Source of the DNA: an uncultured Thermoplasmatales archaeon
GTDB lineage: Archaea; Thermoplasmatota; E2; DHVEG-1
DNA: 64,000 bases
Assembly: GCA_964518165.1 (NCBI GenBank)
Contig: CAZFFN010000040.1
Span: 14,329 to 78,328, forward strand
Reading direction: 5' to 3'
Shown one piece after another: positions 57,324-64,000 of this stretch. Position numbers and translations under genes: made by a program. The notes beneath the pieces were generated by a model, which made no database searches, had not been told where the DNA came from, and worked only from the letters and a program-made list of their open reading frames with translations. Position 1 is the stretch's first letter, and each line of letters starts with the position of its first letter.

Positions 57324-58767
57324 ATGGGCGGATTGAAACTAATTTCAAGAGATCTTGGTTCGGTATTCATTATAGTTAGTATAATTAATGCAGCGGCTAT
57401 TTTAATACCCCTCTTCTTTAAAGAATATTTTGCAATTCTTCCAATTTTACTTTCATCAGGCATTCTTGCTACTGTTGGTTTATTTTTTAAGTTTGTAGTT
57501 GGCCGTACGAATGAAGACCCTAAGCTTCGCCATGCAGTTGCTGTTGCAGGTTTAAGCTGGATTTTTATTCCTTTGTTTACAGTAATTCCTTTTATGACGA
57601 TCAGCAAACTAGATTTCCTTAGCAGCTATTTTGAATCTATGTCTGGATGGACAACTACCGGTTTATCCATGTTGGGGGGGGGGAGAACAATATTTATCAC
57701 ATACTATACAGTTTTATAGATCTTTCACGCAATGGCTTGGCGGCATCGGTGTTGTAGTTTTAACATTAACAGTATTACCTAGAGCTGGAATGGGTTCTTT
57801 TACCTTATTCCGATCTGAAGCAAGAGAGGATAAAATACATCCAAGTGTAATTTCAACTATTCGATCGATGTGGTGGATTTATGCATCATTTACAATTATT
57901 GGTATCGTATTATTATCGTTGTTTGGTATGCCTACATGGGAGGCAATTAATCATGCAATGTGTGCAATTTCGACAGGTGGTTTTGCGGTTCAGAGTGCAA
58001 GTATTGGAACGTATAACAGTTTTTATCTTGAAATTATAATAACCTTGCTTACAATTTTTGGTGCAACTGCTTTTATCGCTAATTATAACTTGTTTAAAGG
58101 TCGTTTTCGAAAGTTCTTTTCTGATGTGCAACTTCGGACTCTTATTATCTTAATTATTATTGGAGTAGTTGCTTTAACTTTTTTTAATCTATCATTTTAT
58201 AATGGAAATATATGGGATTCACTTAGATATTCATTTTTTCAGTTTGCTTCCAGTCAAACAACAACAGGTTTTTCAACCGTAGGTTTGACATCATGGCCTA
58301 TTCCTTCTAAATTTGTTATGAGTATAGCTATGATTATTGGAGGTGCAGCTGGTGCTACATGTGGAGGGATAAAACTTATAAGATTTTTAATTTTAACAAA
58401 AGAAGTAAAATGGAATACAATAAAAGTAACATCCACCCCAAGAAGAACAATTCCATATAGTATTGGGAAAAAACCTATCTCACCCGATGAAAAAAGAGAT
58501 ATTGTTAATGAAGCAGCCATGATATCATTTCTCTGGATAATTTTTCTTTCTATTACAATATTTATATTATCCATTATAACCTCATATAGTCTCCAAGATA
58601 TTATATTTGAAACATGTAGTGCTCAAGGAAATGTAGGATTATCTGTTGGTATCACAAGTGTTTCTATGAACCCTATTGTCAAATTTATGTTTATAATCAA
58701 TATGTATATAGGGCGATTAGAGATAATTCCTGTTGTAATGATGATAGCTGCTATTTTTAAAAGATAA
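57324..58767 (+). CDS. trkH: TrkH/KtrB-family K+ transporter, split into two ORFs by a frameshift at a G10 tract (57674-57683)
   Basis: FESMSGWTTTGLS motif runs into poly-G. The second ORF continues the TrkH repeats (STGGF, TTTGFST). Confidence 0.7.
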
Positions 58768-58839
58768 ATTTCGTAATAAAACTTAATATCTTATTTATTT
58801 TAATAAATTGTGACAATGGATTAATTTACGGTTTGTTTT

Positions 58840-59001
58840 TTATAAATCAATTTTTTCCCCAGTATGATTCGGGACAACTGTTGTTCTCCCGTCAGAATGT
58901 CTCAAGAAAACATGACTTCCTTTTTGACGTATTTTATTAAAACCCATTTTAAGTAAAATTTTAATTAATTTTCTACCGGTTAAAAGAGGTAACTTTGCCA
59001 T
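58840..59001 (-). CDS. hicA: HicA-like toxin (53 aa); not in the ORF track
   Basis: Translation MAKLPLLTGRKLIKILLKMGFNKIRQKGSHVFLRHSDGRTTVVPNHTGEKIDL matches the HicA/YcfA pattern; it starts 2 nt after the hicB stop. Confidence 0.6.
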   Translation of the reverse strand: MAKLPLLTGRKLIKILLKMGFNKIRQKGSHVFLRHSDGRTTVVPNHTGEKIDL

Positions 59002-59002
59002 A

Positions 59003-59212
59003 TTAAACAGCTATCTTTTGCAAACCAATGAATCTTTCAGTAACTTTAACAGGTTCTTCCTGGCATTCTAGATATAAGAGTATTGCTTCTTTAGTTCGCT
59101 TAATAAGTTCATCCATTGATTTTGCCTGAGTATGACAACCCGGAAGTTCAATAACTTCAGAAATCAGATAACCATCCTCTCCCTCCTCTATAATAATGTT
59201 ATATTCCTGCAT
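59003..59212 (-). CDS. hicB: HicB-like antitoxin (UPF0150)
   Basis: YLISEVIELPGCHTQAKSMDELIKRTKEAI. Confidence 0.6.
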   Translation of the reverse strand: MQEYNIIIEEGEDGYLISEVIELPGCHTQAKSMDELIKRTKEAILLYLECQEEPVKVTERFIGLQKIAV

Positions 59213-59459
59213 ATATAATAATTAAACTTCATAAGTATATAAATGTTATTCTCTGAAATTCTCTAGTAAAAAAACCTAATAATAAACAATTAGCAATATC
59301 CTAAAAGATAAAGAAAAACAAGTCCCATATTGTTATCGATAGTAACCGCTTATTTTTAAAGAATATGTTAATGTCAATGACAATACTTTCATTTTAAAAC
59401 ACCGATAAAAAATTATTATTAGTAGAAAAAATCATTAAGTACAACTAGATTCAAACTTT

Positions 59460-60818
59460 ATGATTCATATGAATGATCCAGTTTGTCCACTAGATTACAG
59501 ATATGGAAGAAAAGAGCTGATTGAAATATTTAGTGAAAAAAATAAACTACAATATTTACTAGATGTAGAAGCAGCACTAGCTAGAGCCCATGCAAAAGTA
59601 GGAAACATAGATAAAAAAGATGCCGATGAAATCACAAAAAAAGCAAATACAAAATATGTAAAAGTTGAACGTGTCAAAGAAATTGAAAAAGACACAAAAC
59701 ACGATATAATGTCAGTAACTAAAGCTCTAGCCGAGCAATGCAAGGACGACTCAGGAAAATACATTCACCTAGGAGCAACCAGCTATGATATAGTAGACAC
59801 TGCAAATGCACTCCAGTTTAATGATTCAACCGAGTATATTAAAAAAGGACTAAAAGACCTAAGAAAAACACTTGTAAAACTAGCTAAAAAACATAAAAAA
59901 ACTGTAATGACAGGTAGAACTCATGGTCAACATACAATACCTATGACATTTGGCTTGAAAATGGCGGGCTACGCAATGGAGATAGACAGGCATCTTGAGC
60001 GCATGCATCAATGTAAAAGTAGACTTCTTGTAGGTAAACTCTCAGGAGCCGTTGGAACTGGTGCAGCACTTGGGCCAAAGGCACTAAAAATTCAAGAAGA
60101 AATGCTCAAAGAACTAAAACTAGGAATAGAAGATGTATCCACTCAAATTGTTTGTAGAGATAGATACAATGAACTAATTGCGCTTTTATCAAATATTGCA
60201 ACTAGTCTTGAAAAATTTGCAACTGAAATTAGAAACTTACAAAGAGATGAAATAAAAGAAGCAGCTGAAGCTTTTGAATCAAAAAAACAAGTTGGAAGTT
60301 CTACTATGCCGCATAAGAAAAATCCAATTACCTGTGAACAAATCTCTGGGCTTGCAAGAATAGTTAGAGGTTTTTTAACACCAACCTATGAAAACGCAAT
60401 ACAATGGCATGAAAGAGATCTATGTAACTCTTCAAGTGAAAGATTTATTATTCCACATAGTTTAATTCTAACAGATTGGATAATCTATAAAACTAATGAT
60501 GTTTTCAAAAACTTGAAAGTAATCCCAGAGAACATGAAAAAGAATCTAAAGATTTCAAAGGGTCTACCAATGGCTGAGTCTCTTATGACCACTCTTATCT
60601 CTAAAGGAATGGGGAGAGGAGATGCACATGAACTCATGAGAAAAACAGCTCTTAAAGCAGCAAAACAAGGAAAAACTCTAAAAGAGGTTTTTACAAAAGA
60701 AAACAAAAAAATTAAACTTTTAAGCACAAAAGAAATTGATGATGCATTAAACCCTGAAAATTATCTAGGTGAAACTTACAAAATTATTGATAGAGTAGTA
60801 AAGAAACTTAAGATGTGA
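59460..60818 (+). CDS. purB: Adenylosuccinate lyase
   Basis: Fumarate-lyase signature GSSTMPHKKNP. Confidence 0.9.
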   Translation: MIHMNDPVCPLDYRYGRKELIEIFSEKNKLQYLLDVEAALARAHAKVGNIDKKDADEITKKANTKYVKVERVKEIEKDTKHDIMSVTKALAEQCKDDSGKYIHLGATSYDIVDTANALQFNDSTEYIKKGLKDLRKTLVKLAKKHKKTVMTGRTHGQHTIPMTFGLKMAGYAMEIDRHLERMHQCKSRLLVGKLSGAVGTGAALGPKALKIQEEMLKELKLGIEDVSTQIVCRDRYNELIALLSNIATSLEKFATEIRNLQRDEIKEAAEAFESKKQVGSSTMPHKKNPITCEQISGLARIVRGFLTPTYENAIQWHERDLCNSSSERFIIPHSLILTDWIIYKTNDVFKNLKVIPENMKKNLKISKGLPMAESLMTTLISKGMGRGDAHELMRKTALKAAKQGKTLKEVFTKENKKIKLLSTKEIDDALNPENYLGETYKIIDRVVKKLKM

Positions 60819-61873
60819 ATAAAATGGATTCATTTGAAAAAATAACTAAGAATACTGAAGAAATAGTTAAAATAGATGAATTAAAAAAAGTACTTAAAAA
60901 AGAAAAGCCAAAGGCATATATCGGTTTTGAACCAAGTGGAACAGTTCATCTTGGTTGGAAGATCTGTACAAATAAGATAAAAGATTTTTTAGACGCTGGT
61001 TTTGATTTTACAGTACTATTGGCTGATTGGCATGCATACATTAACGATAAACTAGGCGGAGACATTGAAAAAATAAAACTCTGCGGAAGATACATGGAAG
61101 ACTGTTTTGCTGCTATGGGTGTAGATGTAGGTGCATTATCCTTTGTTTATGCAAGTGAATATGTAGGTGACCCAGATTACTGGGAATTAGTTCTTAGAAC
61201 TTCAAAAGCAACTTCAGTAAAACGTGTGAAACGTGCAATGGACATAATGGGCCGAAGTGAAGATGAAGCAGAAAGAGATCTTTCAAAATTGTTTTATCCA
61301 GCTATGCAAGTTTCAGACATTTTTTATCTAAATCTAGATGTTGCATATGGCGGTATGGATCAAAGACACGCGCATATGTTAGCTAGGGATGTTGCAAAAA
61401 AACTTGATAGAAAACCCCCTGTTGCAGTACATACTCCACTCCTTACTGGTCTTCAAGCAGGAGGGAGAATGGATCCAACTGAAGTAAAAATGAGTAAAAG
61501 TAAACCTGACTCAATGATATCTATTCATGATTCAACCAAAGCAATTAAAAGAAAGGTAAAAAAAGCATATTGCCCAGAGAAAGTTGTCGAGGGAAATCCC
61601 ATTCTTGAAATGTGTAAATATGTAATATTTCCAGAACTAAATGAAGAAGTTTTCTTAATTAAAAGACCTGAGAAATGGGGTGGAAACCTAGAATTTAAAA
61701 CATATGATGAACTATCACAAGCATTCAAAAAAGATTTACATCCTCTTGATCTAAAAAATTCAACAGCTGAGTATCTTGATAGAATAGTTGAACCTATTAG
61801 AAAATACTTTGAAAAAAATCCTGATAACTTTGAAAAGATGAAAAAACTAGGAATTATATCTATTGAGGATTAG
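60815..61873 (+). CDS. tyrS: Tyrosyl-tRNA synthetase (archaeal type)
   Basis: Collinear with the M. jannaschii TyrRS as recalled from memory (IGFEPSG..HLG, LLADWHAY, KMSKS). Confidence 0.9.
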   Translation: MNKMDSFEKITKNTEEIVKIDELKKVLKKEKPKAYIGFEPSGTVHLGWKICTNKIKDFLDAGFDFTVLLADWHAYINDKLGGDIEKIKLCGRYMEDCFAAMGVDVGALSFVYASEYVGDPDYWELVLRTSKATSVKRVKRAMDIMGRSEDEAERDLSKLFYPAMQVSDIFYLNLDVAYGGMDQRHAHMLARDVAKKLDRKPPVAVHTPLLTGLQAGGRMDPTEVKMSKSKPDSMISIHDSTKAIKRKVKKAYCPEKVVEGNPILEMCKYVIFPELNEEVFLIKRPEKWGGNLEFKTYDELSQAFKKDLHPLDLKNSTAEYLDRIVEPIRKYFEKNPDNFEKMKKLGIISIED

Positions 61874-63242
61874 GATATTTTAACTCAATAATTTTTTCTG
61901 ATATTTTAAGCGATAAATATAATACAATTAGTGATGCAAAGATAAACATGCTTAAAAAAATTCCGGGATAAGTTACATTCTGCCAAATATACCCGCCTAT
62001 TATTGCAAAAGGAGATAGTAATACAAATAGTATTATTGTAACACTATAAAGTAACATTATATCTGATTTTTTCCCAACATACTTTGCTCCAAGTGGAATA
62101 GAAAGAGCGGCGCTTATTATAAATGAAAATATCAAAAGCCAGGTTACAAACAAAAGATTTTCCATTCCCATAAAAATATTTACAAAGAAAATAAAGGGAA
62201 TCGCTGTTACAAAACATAAAAGTAAGGAACTAGTTTTACCAAAAACTAACGTTTTACTATCTATCGGGTTATATCTAATCACCCACATTGTTTTTTCTTC
62301 ATTTAAAAATAGACTAAGTGAAGGAAAAACTGAGGTATAGATAACTACAATTATTACACCCATTAAAACAAAAAGCGCTGGAAGAAATTCCTCATATAAC
62401 CCTTTTAGATTTTCAGGTATCAATAGTTCAGGTCCATAAATATACAAATATCCAGTAAAAAAACCAGTTACAGCTGAAGTTGATACAAAACTTAAAAAAA
62501 GTTTATTTCGCCATAGAATCGTTGTTTCTTTGTTAAATAAGGCTCTTATCTTATTTCTCACTTTAATCTGTGTTTTATCATTAATTCTAGTTTTTCTTCT
62601 AATGTTTTGATAAGAAGAAAGAGAATGTTTCAAAGCCCAAAATAGATGTAAAAAAGCTAGAGGTGTTGTTAATACTATAAAAAAGGGGTCTTGTGACAAA
62701 AATATCCCTATCATTAGAATAACTGTTGGGATTAATCTAATTCTTTTTTCTGAGAAAAAATTTATACAGATTGTTGATCCAATGAATATTCCTGATATAA
62801 CAATTATGTTTGCAAATAAATATTCAACGGGATAATAGATATCTATTGGAAATATCATTAAGAAAAGAATAAACAGAGTTGATAGTGAGAACCATATAAA
62901 AAGATTAGTTAAAAAAACAGAGAAAAATATCTCTGAAATCGTCTTTTTTTGTTTTATCTGTGTTGATAAAGCATATGTAACTTCCTCTGGTTTTACAAAA
63001 TATTTATGCATATCAACACCTGATTTAGCGATAAATACAAAAAAAATCATAAAATAGACATCATTTAGGCTTATATCTAGAGGTGTATCAATCACTTGAA
63101 GATAAAAAGTTAAAAAAGAAAACATTAGAACTGAAAAAACCATAATTAAAGTAAAAAAAAGATAAAGAATCGGTGTTTCTCTAAATTTTGTTGATAGTTC
63201 TCTTTTAGAACTGAGAAGTACAATTTTTGTTGTTTCAAACAT
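61860..63242 (-). CDS. ABC-2-type transporter permease
   Basis: Polytopic protein; 8-nt overlap with the ATPase gene. Confidence 0.55.
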   Translation of the reverse strand: MFETTKIVLLSSKRELSTKFRETPILYLFFTLIMVFSVLMFSFLTFYLQVIDTPLDISLNDVYFMIFFVFIAKSGVDMHKYFVKPEEVTYALSTQIKQKKTISEIFFSVFLTNLFIWFSLSTLFILFLMIFPIDIYYPVEYLFANIIVISGIFIGSTICINFFSEKRIRLIPTVILMIGIFLSQDPFFIVLTTPLAFLHLFWALKHSLSSYQNIRRKTRINDKTQIKVRNKIRALFNKETTILWRNKLFLSFVSTSAVTGFFTGYLYIYGPELLIPENLKGLYEEFLPALFVLMGVIIVVIYTSVFPSLSLFLNEEKTMWVIRYNPIDSKTLVFGKTSSLLLCFVTAIPFIFFVNIFMGMENLLFVTWLLIFSFIISAALSIPLGAKYVGKKSDIMLLYSVTIILFVLLSPFAIIGGYIWQNVTYPGIFLSMFIFASLIVLYLSLKISEKIIELKYPNPQ

Positions 63243-63936
63243 TTTTTAACCTATTTTCAAAATATGCTTCTTCCATATTTCCATATTTTTCAATTAAATC
63301 TTTTACTTTATCAAAAAGTGTTACTTTTCCTCTTTCAATTATATATACATAATCAGCAACTGATTCAACGAGTTTTGTCGAGTGTGTTGCAATTATTGTT
63401 GTTCCTTTTTGATTTTTGATAAACTCTTGAATTTTTTTGGATGTCAACGGATCAAGTCCGTAAACTGGTTCATCTAGTAGTAGGTTTGATGGATTATGCA
63501 TTATTGCTGATGTAATTGAGATTTTTTGTTTCATTCCTTTTGAGTATGATCCTATTTCATAGTCTAAAAAATCGTTTATTCCAATGTTGTTTGTAATTTC
63601 ATTTATTTTTTGTTCAGCTTTTTTTAATTTTCTAAGACTTGCAATATAGAATAAAAATTCTCTACCAGTTAGTCTATCATACATCTCAGGCATCTCAGGT
63701 AGGTAACCTATTCTTTCTCTTGCTTTTATTGAGTCTTTAATTATTGAGTATCCATCTATTGTAACTTTTCCCTGATCATATGTTAGAATTCCAGCACATA
63801 TCTTTAAAAGAGTTGATTTCCCGGCTCCATTTTCACCCATTATAGCAAATACTTTTGAGTCATCAAAATCAAAACTTACATTGTTTAGAGCAGTAATTTT
63901 ACCATATGCTTTTATTAGGTTTTTTATATTTATCAT
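63235..63936 (-). CDS. ABC transporter ATP-binding protein
   Basis: Walker A GENGAGKST, signature YSKGMKQK, Walker B LLLDEP. Confidence 0.85.
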   Translation of the reverse strand: MINIKNLIKAYGKITALNNVSFDFDDSKVFAIMGENGAGKSTLLKICAGILTYDQGKVTIDGYSIIKDSIKARERIGYLPEMPEMYDRLTGREFLFYIASLRKLKKAEQKINEITNNIGINDFLDYEIGSYSKGMKQKISITSAIMHNPSNLLLDEPVYGLDPLTSKKIQEFIKNQKGTTIIATHSTKLVESVADYVYIIERGKVTLFDKVKDLIEKYGNMEEAYFENRLKNV

Positions 63937-64000
63937 TAGAGTCAGTTAGAAAGGGTAAAAGAATAGTTGTATTAAAACTTATGAATGTAATTTATTTAGT

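Noticed and set aside
1-64000. CRISPR arrays, rRNA genes, integrase/recombinase genes
   Set aside because: No regularly spaced direct repeats, no rRNA-like conserved stretches and no tyrosine/serine recombinase motifs were observed anywhere in the window.

Overview
This is a low-GC archaeal chromosomal segment. Its archaeal character shows in aEF-2, the PolD DP1/DP2 subunits, MCM, diphthine synthase, an archaeal-type TyrRS, SRP RNA, and a tRNA without an encoded CCA. The lineage is most likely an uncultivated low-GC group with lamin-tail-domain surface proteins, inteins and sparse metabolism. Coding is dense and mostly housekeeping. Translation genes include S12-S7-aEF2 (EF-2 interrupted by a large LAGLIDADG intein), dph5, trm1, tyrS and tRNA-Cys. 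Replication genes are an adjacent DP1-DP2 pair (DP2 carries a second LAGLIDADG intein at the catalytic NCDxDED motif) and MCM. A 7S/SRP RNA sits in an ORF-free gap. Purine and folate genes include purF, purN, purB, folC, folP, thyX and a RibD-type reductase. The most unusual block is a ten-gene Mrp/Mbh-like membrane module (MrpE,F,G,B-pieces,C,D, MbhI-like, NuoH-like) with no hydrogenase or oxidoreductase catalytic subunits. It is followed immediately by an archaeosortase-family protein and a PssA-like CDP-alcohol phosphatidyltransferase. Other notable items: a HerA/DUF87-like ATPase fused to an EndoIII-type Fe-S cluster loop; a 1000-aa LTD+PLD secreted protein starting right after tRNA-Cys; rhomboid and presenilin-type intramembrane proteases flanking a frameshifted NosD-like beta-helix protein; a 10-TM protein fused to an Lrp/AsnC RAM domain; a degraded IS4/ISH3-like transposase; a hicAB pair; and three frameshifts all located at homopolymer tracts. 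No CRISPR array or rRNA was seen. All calls rest on reading motifs in the supplied translations and sequence; no database searches were run.
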